A stretch of DNA of 64,000 nt from a virus: positions 74,551-138,550 of the IMG/VR virus record IMGVR_UViG_3300048014_000353; one strand, written 5' to 3'. This document shows positions 55,892-62,928 of this stretch, one piece after another (position 1 is the stretch's first letter; every line of letters starts with the position of its first letter). The notes under the pieces were generated by a model. It saw nothing but the letters and a program-made list of their open reading frames with translations, was not told the DNA's origin and made no database searches. A program made the translations under genes and the position numbers.

Positions 55892-55962
55892 GCCCCCGTC
55901 CTGGCGGATCCAGGCAGCGGTCTACGAAACCGCTCGTCGGAGTTCGACTCTCCGCGGGGGCT
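55892..55962 (+). tRNA. tRNA-Arg(ACG)
   Basis: GCGGT-CTACGAA-ACCGC. Confidence 0.85.
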
Positions 55963-55963
55963 C

Positions 55964-56036
55964 TGTAGGGAGGGTGGTCTTAGTCCCAACCGAGGCTCAT
56001 AACCTCGGCTTCGCCGGTGCAACACGGCCCCTGCAA
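55964..56036 (+). tRNA. tRNA-Met(CAT), T arm atypical
   Basis: CGAGG-CTCATAA-CCTCG; T loop TGCAACA. Confidence 0.65.
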
Positions 56037-56037
56037 C

Positions 56038-56105
56038 CGCAGCACGCCTCGGAGGCGCGCGAGCCCCATAAGCTCGCCGACCCGGTTCGACTCCGGGTGC
56101 TGCGA
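56038..56105 (+). tRNA. tRNA(CAT), Ile2 or Met, C33, short D arm
   Basis: CGAGC-CCCATAA-GCTCG. Confidence 0.7.
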
Positions 56106-56111
56106 CGACGT

Positions 56112-56187
56112 GCCGGCCTCGCGCTCTAGTGAGCACCGCCGCCTTACAAGCGGATGAAGGCGAGTGCGATCCTCGCGGCCGGTACCA
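56112..56187 (+). tRNA. tRNA-Val(TAC), G55
   Basis: CCGC-CTTACAA-GCGG; A73 + CCA. Confidence 0.8.
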
Positions 56188-56194
56188 AATCTTT

Positions 56195-56267
56195 GCGGAG
56201 CTCGTCCTCTGGCGAGGGCACCACGTCGACAACGTGGTTCAGGCGAGTTCGATCCTCGCGCTCCGCA
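56195..56267 (+). tRNA. tRNA-Val(GAC), C33
   Basis: CCACG-TCGACAA-CGTGG. Confidence 0.85.
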
Positions 56268-56279
56268 CCGCTTTTTCAC

Positions 56280-56351
56280 CCGGCCGGACTGGCGGGTCGC
56301 CTTGCGCTCTCTGATACGGAGCGCGGCCGCGTTCGAGTCGCGGCGGCCGGA
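56280..56351 (+). tRNA. tRNA-Ile(GAT)
   Basis: GCTCT-CTGATAC-GGAGC. Confidence 0.8.
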
Positions 56352-56423
56352 CCCATTCACGCCAAGAAACGACTCCACGGAGACGATCCCCATGCTGCTC
56401 AGGCGAAGGAAACGGTGACGACC

Positions 56424-56966
56424 ATGCTGGCCAACCCCTGTCTCGTGCTCACGCCGCGAATGATCCCCCACGAAGCCGTCTCGCTCGAGCGCGCGATCTG
56501 CCTGGCGTACCTGCGCAAGGTGGACGTGCTCGAAGTCTACGAGGCCGTCGTGCATTCGCCGTCGCTCGAGATGCAGGTGCCAGCCGTCGTCCGCCTGACG
56601 AGCAAGGCCATGCCGCATGAGATGCGGGATGTGAAGTTCTCCCGCCCGCGCGTCTACCAGCGCGACGGGCACCGGTGCCAGTACTGCGGCGTGAAGAAGC
56701 GCGCGTCCGAGCTCAACTACGACCACGTGATCCCTCGTTCCAAGGGCGGCCCGACGAACTGGACGAACATCGTGACGAGCTGCCTCGTCTGCAACGGGCG
56801 TAAGGGCGGCCGGACACCGAAAGAGGCGGGGATGCGTCTCCTTCGAAAGCCACGCGCGCCGGAGAGTCTCCCGCTCGTCGGCCTGGTCGCGCTCCCGAGC
56901 GACGTTCCCGAGCTCTGGCTTCCGTACCTCGAAGGTCATTCATCCCGCGTGGCGATGACCGCGTGA
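56424..56966 (+). CDS. McrA-like HNH endonuclease inside the tRNA array
   Basis: AAGGA RBS; RD...CQYCG...DHVIPRSKGG...W.NIV..C..CN..KG.RTP.EAGM.L. Confidence 0.9.
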   Translation: MLANPCLVLTPRMIPHEAVSLERAICLAYLRKVDVLEVYEAVVHSPSLEMQVPAVVRLTSKAMPHEMRDVKFSRPRVYQRDGHRCQYCGVKKRASELNYDHVIPRSKGGPTNWTNIVTSCLVCNGRKGGRTPKEAGMRLLRKPRAPESLPLVGLVALPSDVPELWLPYLEGHSSRVAMTA

Positions 56967-57081
56967 AGCTTGCCTGCCGCTACCCGCCGGAAGAGCGCGC
57001 GTGGACCATGCCGCGCGGCCACCGCAGGTCAATCAGCCATTCCCGGCGCATGGCGCGGAACACCGGGGCTCTCATCTCTTT

Positions 57082-57163
57082 GGAGGGTGAAGTGGCATGG
57101 GGCCACGCTGGCTTCGAAACCCAGGGACCTTCACGGGTAGGCGTTCGATTCGTCCACCCTCCG
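57082..57163 (+). tRNA. tRNA-Ser(CGA)
   Basis: Loop TTCGAAA, long variable arm, G73. Confidence 0.8.
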
Positions 57164-57261
57164 CTACCTTCGTCGTGCCGCAGCATGGCCGGGATGAGAC
57201 GCCCCGGCGGGACAAACCGCGTTCGAACGAACGATGTGAGGTCCGCACGACGCGGAGACTT

Positions 57262-57344
57262 GGAAGACGAACCCGCCAGGGGCGGGGACCGATTGCTAAT
57301 CGGCACGTGGGGCAACCCATCCTGTTCGAGTCAGGCGTCTTCCG
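57262..57344 (+). tRNA. tRNA-Ser(GCT)
   Basis: CCGA-TTGCTAA-TCGG; variable arm GTGGG-GCAA-CCCAT. Confidence 0.85.
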
Positions 57345-57345
57345 C

Positions 57346-57414
57346 TCCGGTACCCCGTGGACGGGAACGTGGCCTTTGAAGCCGCGGACGAGAGTTCGAA
57401 CCTCTCTACCGGTA
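57346..57414 (+). tRNA. tRNA-Gln(TTG)
   Basis: GTGGC-CTTTGAA-GCCGC. Confidence 0.75.
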
Positions 57415-57415
57415 C

Positions 57416-57499
57416 CCGATCGTGGTGGAACAGCAGACACGGCGCGCTGAGAACGCGTGCCCCCCTAGGGGCGTGAGGGTGCGATTCCCTCCGATCGGA
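57416..57499 (+). tRNA. tRNA-Leu(GAG), G55
   Basis: GCGCG-CTGAGAA-CGCGT; long variable arm. Confidence 0.8.
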
Positions 57500-57509
57500 C
57501 GACTCTCTT

Positions 57510-57594
57510 GCTCGGGTGTCGGAAAAGGTAGACGAGCGACGTTCAGACCGTCGTGCCCCTCGTGGGCGTGCTGGTTCGAGTCCAGCCCTGAGCA
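57510..57594 (+). tRNA. tRNA-Leu(CAG)
   Basis: CGACG-TTCAGAC-CGTCG; long variable arm. Confidence 0.9.
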
Positions 57595-57609
57595 CTTCTC
57601 ACTTCTCTG

Positions 57610-57694
57610 GCCGCGGTGGTTGGAACGGCAGACACGCGCAGTTCAAACCTGCGTGCCTTCGGGCGTGCGGGTTCAAGTCCCGCCCGCGGCACCA
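57610..57694 (+). tRNA. tRNA-Leu(CAA)
   Basis: CGCAG-TTCAAAC-CTGCG; encoded CCA. Confidence 0.9.
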
Positions 57695-57927
57695 CGACTC
57701 CACGTCCCGAATGAACCGCGCTACGCTTCCGGTAGGCCCGGCGCCGGATTCACGATCACGAGAAGCGCTCGCCGTGCCACGCGCATCGGCGGACACCTTG
57801 GCGGCGAGGAGAAGGCGCTCGCGTGCCGGCGCAACCGGCGACGTCTTCGCCAGGACCTCCGCGAGCACGGCGAGGACGCCCTGCTCGAGCCGGCGCTCTG
57901 GACCGACTGGGACGTCATCTAAGAATC

Positions 57928-57970
57928 AAGGCCCGTCTCCGCTTGCGCGTGGGCGGGCCTTTCGTCATTT
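57928..57970. terminator. Hairpin with TTTCGTCATTT tail (copy 3), between convergent units
   Basis: Stem AAGGCCCGTC/GGCGGGCCTT. Confidence 0.7.
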
Positions 57971-58180
57971 GGGGGCCGGGTCGCTCGTCGGCAAAGCGTT
58001 CGCAGTGGCCTCGGCCTCCGCCTCCTCGCGCGCCTCGAGCTCGAAGTGCGCGATCGCCGGGCCGAGGAGACCGCGCGCCGCCTCCGCCGTGTCCGTGACG
58101 CCGCCGGTGACCATCTGCGCGTAGAGGTGTCGGAGCTGGCCGAGATGGAAGGCCGTCGAGTGGCGATGGCCGTCGATCAT
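57965..58180 (-). CDS. Hypothetical protein downstream of hicB
   Basis: Overlap-coupled to hicB. Confidence 0.45.
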   Translation of the reverse strand: MIDGHRHSTAFHLGQLRHLYAQMVTGGVTDTAEAARGLLGPAIAHFELEAREEAEAEATANALPTSDPAPK

Positions 58181-58767
58181 TTCCGGGTATCTAGTGAGGT
58201 CAAGGCAAAGGAGTCGGTCTTGGTATCCCGTCCGCCCTCCGACTTACGATTGCCGTCACGGATGACTTTGCCTGCTCGCGTGACATTCATGTCGAGCATG
58301 TCCAAGTCCGTCATTCGCGTCGGCGCCAACGCCTTTGCGGGCCGCGGCAACGGGCGAGTTCGTCCGGACTTTTTCGGCTTTGCGTCGAGAATCATGCCCG
58401 ACTGGAGGTCCGTCAAAAAGGCACGTACCGTCGTGCGGCTGAGGCCCTCGGCGATCCACGTCACGAAGAGTTGATTCAGCGAGACCCCTTCCGCCGACGA
58501 GACCGCCGACGCCCGCGCGTGCAGCGTCTTGGGCATGCGGAGCGCAAACTTGCCGGAGTAGTCCACCGCATCGATGTCGGACTCGGGCACGGGACGCCCG
58601 TGGGCCTTGAGCGATTCGACCATGAGCTTGCCGGCGATCTCGATCTCTTTGACCGCCTCCTCCATCGTGTCGCCGTGCGCCGCGAGCGTGTCGAACGCAG
58701 GCGCACGCGCGATGAAGACTTCGTCCAGGGCACTCCAGCTGACGAATACGCGATAGGGGAACATCAC
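58177..58767 (-). CDS. hicB: HicB-family antitoxin with RHH domain and C-terminal extension
   Basis: Y...V.WS..D..FIA..P.......HGDT.EEA..E; YSGKF.LRMP..LH......A..EGVSLNQ. Confidence 0.88.
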   Translation of the reverse strand: MMFPYRVFVSWSALDEVFIARAPAFDTLAAHGDTMEEAVKEIEIAGKLMVESLKAHGRPVPESDIDAVDYSGKFALRMPKTLHARASAVSSAEGVSLNQLFVTWIAEGLSRTTVRAFLTDLQSGMILDAKPKKSGRTRPLPRPAKALAPTRMTDLDMLDMNVTRAGKVIRDGNRKSEGGRDTKTDSFALTSLDTRK

Positions 58768-59015
58768 TTCACCTCCAGATTGTGGTCGTCCACGATGTCG
58801 AGAACCTGCACGACCTGGTACCTCTTGGCCATTCCGTTGTTGCCCGACTGCACGTTCACCGTGGGCGCCGTGTCGTGCACGTAGATCGTGTGTGAGGTCC
58901 CATTTTTCCGATCGAACCTGTAGCCGAGGGCTTCGAGAAGCCGCACTAGTTCGGAGAAGCGCACGCCGGCCGGGTTGTTCCGGATCGCGTCGAGCAGCTT
59001 TCTCTTCTTGGACAT
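58764..59015 (-). CDS. hicA: HicA-family RNase toxin
   Basis: NNP..VRF.EL..LLE..G.......GSH..Y...........AK.YQV.QV. Confidence 0.88.
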   Translation of the reverse strand: MSKKRKLLDAIRNNPAGVRFSELVRLLEALGYRFDRKNGTSHTIYVHDTAPTVNVQSGNNGMAKRYQVVQVLDIVDDHNLEVK

Positions 59016-59019
59016 GGGG

Positions 59020-59049
59020 TCATTATGATGTCGCCCGCGATATTGTCAA
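59020..59049 (-). promoter_or_regulatory. Sigma70-like hicAB promoter with overlapping palindrome
   Basis: Minus-strand TTGACA (59049-59044), 16 nt, CATAAT (59027-59022); TCAT-T-ATGA palindrome at 59020-59028. Confidence 0.6.
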
Positions 59050-59113
59050 GGAAGGGCGGAGCGAAAGAGTACCGACGGTGACTAGATTACTAGTCGGTGC
59101 TACGACCTCCGCC

Positions 59114-59719
59114 ATGGTTCAAGTCACCACCCTAGTTGCCCTTCTCATCGGCTTCGTTCGTGGCCACGGCTACGAGCCTTCCGTCGAGGACGTGGCCCGC
59201 TACGATCGCCTTGCCCACGCCATTGAGACCGTCGTAACCGACCCGTTCGAGTCGCTTCCGTTCGAGGGCCCGGGGCGCCGCGAGGCGAGCGCCGTGCTCT
59301 TCACCGCCATCGCTGCGCACGAGAGCTACGGGCGCGCCGACGTCCTCGACTGCCGCGTCATGGGGGACCACGGGCGCGCGGCCGGCGCGTTCCAGGTGCA
59401 GCGCGGCGTTCACTGGGAGCGCCACTCGAAGGCGGAGATCTGCTCCAGTCTTGAGCTCCAGACCCGCATCGCGCTCCACGCGATGATGCTCGACCGCCTG
59501 ACCACGCGCGGCTGGGAGGCGGCCGTCCACGCGTACGCGACCGGCTCGCCGCACCTCGAGACCCCGGGGGCGCGCGGCATCGCGCAGACGTTCCGCAGCT
59601 TCGTGCGGGAGACGGGGCTGAAGGTGCGGCTCGGGTGGGCGGACGCGGTCGAGGAGCCGGAGGCGCTGCGCGTGGTGCCGGCTCCGAGCTCCGAGACGGC
59701 GTCGGCGGACGAGGGGTGA
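59114..59719 (+). CDS. Secreted lysozyme-like (SLT-like) protein
   Basis: Hydrophobic N-terminus; AIAAHES, GD.GRAAG.FQ motifs. Confidence 0.55.
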   Translation: MVQVTTLVALLIGFVRGHGYEPSVEDVARYDRLAHAIETVVTDPFESLPFEGPGRREASAVLFTAIAAHESYGRADVLDCRVMGDHGRAAGAFQVQRGVHWERHSKAEICSSLELQTRIALHAMMLDRLTTRGWEAAVHAYATGSPHLETPGARGIAQTFRSFVRETGLKVRLGWADAVEEPEALRVVPAPSSETASADEG

Positions 59720-59726
59720 GGCGACC

Positions 59727-60047
59727 ATGACGTCTGGCAAGCCGAAGCCGAAGTGCGACCGTTGCGGCGGCACGCTCGTGAAAGGTGAGGTTTACAACGG
59801 CGGCGGTGGCCGTCGCCTCTGCTGCGCCTGTGGGACGAACGAGAACAGCCCGCTCGTGAGGTATGTCAAAAGCCGTCTCGCGTACCGCGCGTTCGCTCTC
59901 TGGTGGGATGAGGTGGAGCCCTGTCCGACGGGGGCGGCTTCAGCCAAGGAAGCGTGGACGATGCTCCCGCCCTCCCATCAGCGCGCGTGGAGGAGCGTCG
60001 TGCGCTTGGTATGGAAGGAATGTCGCGCTTCCCACCCGGAGGCCTGA
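59727..60047 (+). CDS. Zinc-finger protein
   Basis: CDRCG...CCACG. Confidence 0.5.
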   Translation: MTSGKPKPKCDRCGGTLVKGEVYNGGGGRRLCCACGTNENSPLVRYVKSRLAYRAFALWWDEVEPCPTGAASAKEAWTMLPPSHQRAWRSVVRLVWKECRASHPEA

Positions 60048-60055
60048 GGACCGCC

Positions 60056-60763
60056 ATGCTGTACATCCTCCACACCTCCGACACGCACGGGTGGGACATC
60101 ACGCAGATCCCGCTCGACGCCCAAAACAGCGAGCACGGCGTACGCATCGACGTCGTCGTGCACTCGGGCGACTTCCAGCCGACCAAGGGCCGCCGCGTGG
60201 GCGAGCGCATCCGGCCCGTCGCCGAGGTCCGCTACCAGGATCGGTGGATGCGAAAGAACGCGCCGAAGATCGCGGCGTGGCTCGACGGACGCCCGTTCGT
60301 CTTCGTGCCGGGCAACCACGACTTCTACAACCCGACCGCCGACCTCGCGCTCGCCGGCGCGAACGTCGTGTGGCTTCGGAACGGAAGTGCATCGGTCGCG
60401 GGGATCCGTTTCTCCGGCTACCGATTCATCCCGTACATCGAAGGGGAATGGTGCGGCGAGCTCCCGGAGAGCGACATCGCCAAGCACGCCAAGGAGATCG
60501 AGGACTGCGACGTCCTCGTCACCCACGCGCCTCCGCACGGCGTGCTCGACCGGGACAGCGGTCGGCACTTCGGGAGCTCGGCGCTCGCGAACGAGTACCT
60601 CTACAACCGCGAGGGACGACGTCTGCCGAAGGTGTGGCTCTGCGGCCACGTCCATCCGCACGGGGGCGAGCAGGCGCAACTCACTTTCGGGGGGATCCTG
60701 GTCGTGAACTCGGCCAAGACATGGCAGGTGATCGGGATCAAGCCTTCGGAAGTGGCACCTTGA
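60056..60763 (+). CDS. Metallophosphoesterase
   Basis: SDTHG, HSGDF, PGNHD, THAPP, CGHVH. Confidence 0.88.
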   Translation: MLYILHTSDTHGWDITQIPLDAQNSEHGVRIDVVVHSGDFQPTKGRRVGERIRPVAEVRYQDRWMRKNAPKIAAWLDGRPFVFVPGNHDFYNPTADLALAGANVVWLRNGSASVAGIRFSGYRFIPYIEGEWCGELPESDIAKHAKEIEDCDVLVTHAPPHGVLDRDSGRHFGSSALANEYLYNREGRRLPKVWLCGHVHPHGGEQAQLTFGGILVVNSAKTWQVIGIKPSEVAP

Positions 60764-60819
60764 TCATATTCTTGCGCCGTCGATGTTCACGAGCGAGGTC
60801 TCGAACTCGTAGGCGGCGG

Positions 60820-61059
60820 TCACGAGCTCTTTTCTTTCTGCGAGGTCAATGCTTTGTCCTCGGCATCTTCAGAGATCGTCATCCGTACATGGTTGACGAT
60901 CTCCCCCACGGACACCGCGAAGAGAAGAAGGGAACTGAAGAACGATAGGCAGCCGAGGAGCGTGTCTTTCTGAAAGTCATCTTTCAGGTTGGAGAACTTG
61001 CTGACTGCGCAGAGCAGAAGCACCCCGCAGACGAAGTCTCGTCGGATGGCTTGCTTCAC
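60820..61059 (-). CDS. Two-TM membrane mini-protein
   Basis: GTGA-coupled start; two hydrophobic segments. Confidence 0.5.
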   Translation of the reverse strand: MKQAIRRDFVCGVLLLCAVSKFSNLKDDFQKDTLLGCLSFFSSLLLFAVSVGEIVNHVRMTISEDAEDKALTSQKEKSS

Positions 61060-61148
61060 TTGCGCACTCCTCCGCCGCTCGGCGGCGTCTCTTTCCTGAT
61101 CGGGGTCAGCTTCTTGCGGCGGTCCTGTTCGTCGAACAGCTCCGTCAT
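61056..61148 (-). CDS. 30-aa peptide ending LTPIRKETPPSGGGVRK (possibly a relic)
   Basis: Carries the repeat in the LTP frame; stop overlaps next start. Confidence 0.35.
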   Translation of the reverse strand: MTELFDEQDRRKKLTPIRKETPPSGGGVRK

Positions 61149-61190
61149 TCGGTCGCCTATCCCACGGAGGCCCGTGGCTCGGTGAGGTCT

Positions 61191-61376
61191 TCACTCATCG
61201 CCATTCCTTTCGGTCGTGTCGGACCGCTCCGGGGTCAGCTTCCCGATGATCTTCAGACACACACGACAACTCACTTTTGAGCGGTCCGTGGTCAGGTCGA
61301 GGATGGCGCCGTCGTGCATCCTGCACACGTTCATACCGTCCTTCTTTCTGGTCCAATGGGTCACGTATCTGCGCAT
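61191..61376 (-). CDS. Cys/His mini-protein ending LTPERSDTTERNGDE
   Basis: THW...VC...VSC.VC; repeat near 3' end. Confidence 0.6.
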   Translation of the reverse strand: MRRYVTHWTRKKDGMNVCRMHDGAILDLTTDRSKVSCRVCLKIIGKLTPERSDTTERNGDE

Positions 61377-61385
61377 CGTGGTCGC

Positions 61386-61712
61386 TCACGTTCGTTTCGG
61401 GGTCAGCGCCTCTGGAGTGCGAGAGCACTCGCACTCGGGACCGGTTGCGCCATCTCCGAACCCGAGGTCTATACGCGCAGTGCAACCGTGACCAGCGACG
61501 TGATCCGACCACGGATGCGCGCAACGTGGGCACTCGGTCGGTTTATCCTGGTCTTTAGGGGTCAGTTCCTCTTCCGGTGTTTTGACACCCGACAGGAAAG
61601 CTTCCACCGCCATCGCGGTACCGAGGATCCGATCCGGGTCTCGGCTCGCCTCTGCTGCGTGCATCTCCTTCGCGAGATCACGAATGCACGTCATGTACTG
61701 CTCTCGGTTCAT
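61386..61712 (-). CDS. Fused two-cassette protein (helical part + CPRCAH..DH...C Cys domain)
   Basis: Internal LTPKDQ and terminal LTPKRT. Confidence 0.6.
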   Translation of the reverse strand: MNREQYMTCIRDLAKEMHAAEASRDPDRILGTAMAVEAFLSGVKTPEEELTPKDQDKPTECPRCAHPWSDHVAGHGCTARIDLGFGDGATGPECECSRTPEALTPKRT

Positions 61713-61714
61713 AG

Positions 61715-62095
61715 TCACTCCGTCTCTTGGCGCTTCGGGGTCACCGTTTTCGTTCGCCAAACCACCCCGCATCCAAGGCACGTCCACGTACCCGGAGGAA
61801 GTCGCTTGGCTGCGTCGATGTCTCCGCCTCCGCACGTTGGGCATTTGTTCGATAGGACCGGCTCAAGGTGCTCGCCGGCCTCGATGGCATCGGCGAGATA
61901 GTCGATCCCTTTTTCAACATCGAAGGTCCGCATCCACCCAACGATCGCGGAACGCTCCGTACACACGTCGCAGTGGCCAAGCGATGCGAGCATACCGTGC
62001 GAGCACCGAGGCAACTCGGCGCAGGCGGCGCACGGTGGCGGACCACTTCCGTCGATGGTTGTTGCCGTGTTGATACAGGTGTGCGGCTTCGACAT
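61715..62095 (-). CDS. Cys-rich zinc-binding protein ending VTPKRQETE
   Basis: Multiple CxxC; GAGGA RBS. Confidence 0.65.
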   Translation of the reverse strand: MSKPHTCINTATTIDGSGPPPCAACAELPRCSHGMLASLGHCDVCTERSAIVGWMRTFDVEKGIDYLADAIEAGEHLEPVLSNKCPTCGGGDIDAAKRLPPGTWTCLGCGVVWRTKTVTPKRQETE

Positions 62096-62096
62096 T

Positions 62097-62273
62097 CTAC
62101 TTCCTCTCAGGCGTCCGCTGGTCTTTAGGGGTCATCACATTTCGATCACGCAGGCGGTTGATGCCGCAGATTACGCGGTGGGTCTCCGTGCACTTCGCGC
62201 ATGTCCTGTACTTGCAGCGCGGACACGTCGTGCGCCGTGGCACCCACTGATCGCATCGGTCGCAGAGTGTCAT
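62097..62273 (-). CDS. 58-aa zinc-finger mini-protein ending MTPKDQRTPERK
   Basis: MTLCDRC...CPRC...CAKC..H..IC (read by hand, absent from ORF track). Confidence 0.65.
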   Translation of the reverse strand: MTLCDRCDQWVPRRTTCPRCKYRTCAKCTETHRVICGINRLRDRNVMTPKDQRTPERK

Positions 62274-62434
62274 TTCGCCCTAGCTAGGCAGTCCTCTTCG
62301 GACTCGTCATGGTCGTGATCGCGCTCGTAAGCGATGCACTCGCAGTCGTCCTCCGTGCACGCCGTGGACCCAGGGTGCGCGGCGTCGTGCCCGTGCTCCT
62401 CCGGTGCGTGTCCGCATGTGCAAGCCTCATTCAT
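62270..62434 (-). CDS. 54-aa Cys/His acidic mini-protein
   Basis: MNEACTCGHAPEEH...C..DDCECIAY (read by hand); overlap-coupled. Confidence 0.65.
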   Translation of the reverse strand: MNEACTCGHAPEEHGHDAAHPGSTACTEDDCECIAYERDHDHDESEEDCLARAK

Positions 62435-62729
62435 CTCCGCCGCTTTCCGGTGCCGAGGTTCGTTTCGGGGTCACGAAACCAGGGACGTTGAGCACCCGAA
62501 TCCAGTGTCCCTCTCGCACTTGGTCCGAGTGACACGCGCAGTTGACGCTAGGGTCACATCCGTAGCCTTCTTCGGGAGTACCGAGGCGATGGCAGGCGCG
62601 ATACGCACCCTTCCACTCTCGCATCTCGTACAGGTGTCCCGTCTGCACCCGAAGCCACACTTCGCCTTCTTGAGGCAGAGCGACCTCGGTGTAGTGGGAT
62701 GCGTTCGTCTCTACGAGGATGCGAGCCAT
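62427..62729 (-). CDS. Mini-protein ending VTPKRTSAPESGGDE
   Basis: AGGAG RBS, start MARILVET. Confidence 0.6.
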   Translation of the reverse strand: MARILVETNASHYTEVALPQEGEVWLRVQTGHLYEMREWKGAYRACHRLGTPEEGYGCDPSVNCACHSDQVREGHWIRVLNVPGFVTPKRTSAPESGGDE

Positions 62730-62733
62730 GTCG

Positions 62734-62928
62734 TCACTTCTCCTGTCCGTCTTGGCGCCGCTTCGGGGTCGGCTTATTGGCGCGCTCGTCCTCGCGAATG
62801 TGTCGCTCCCAAGCCTCAAGTTGTCGCGCTACCCAACTGAAGCACACCCGATGTAGCTCCGTGCCCTTCTTAGGAGCACCGTCGATCCCATCGAGCAGGG
62901 CCTGAGCGAACCGCGTAGCTTCCAGCAT
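62734..62928 (-). CDS. Helical mini-protein ending PTPKRRQDGQEK
   Basis: AAGGAG RBS. Confidence 0.6.
   Translation of the reverse strand: MLEATRFAQALLDGIDGAPKKGTELHRVCFSWVARQLEAWERHIREDERANKPTPKRRQDGQEK

Noticed and set aside
53271-57694. tRNA as attachment-site remnant
   Set aside because: No duplicated tRNA 3' end or integrase in the window; cannot be assessed here
57711-57922. Small gene after tRNA-Leu(CAA) ending LWTDWDVI
   Set aside because: Protein-like C-terminus but no in-frame start codon found downstream of the tRNA
52881-58124. The many ORFs called across the tRNA array
   Set aside because: They overlap clear cloverleaf structures; only the zinc-ribbon gene and the HNH have protein motifs
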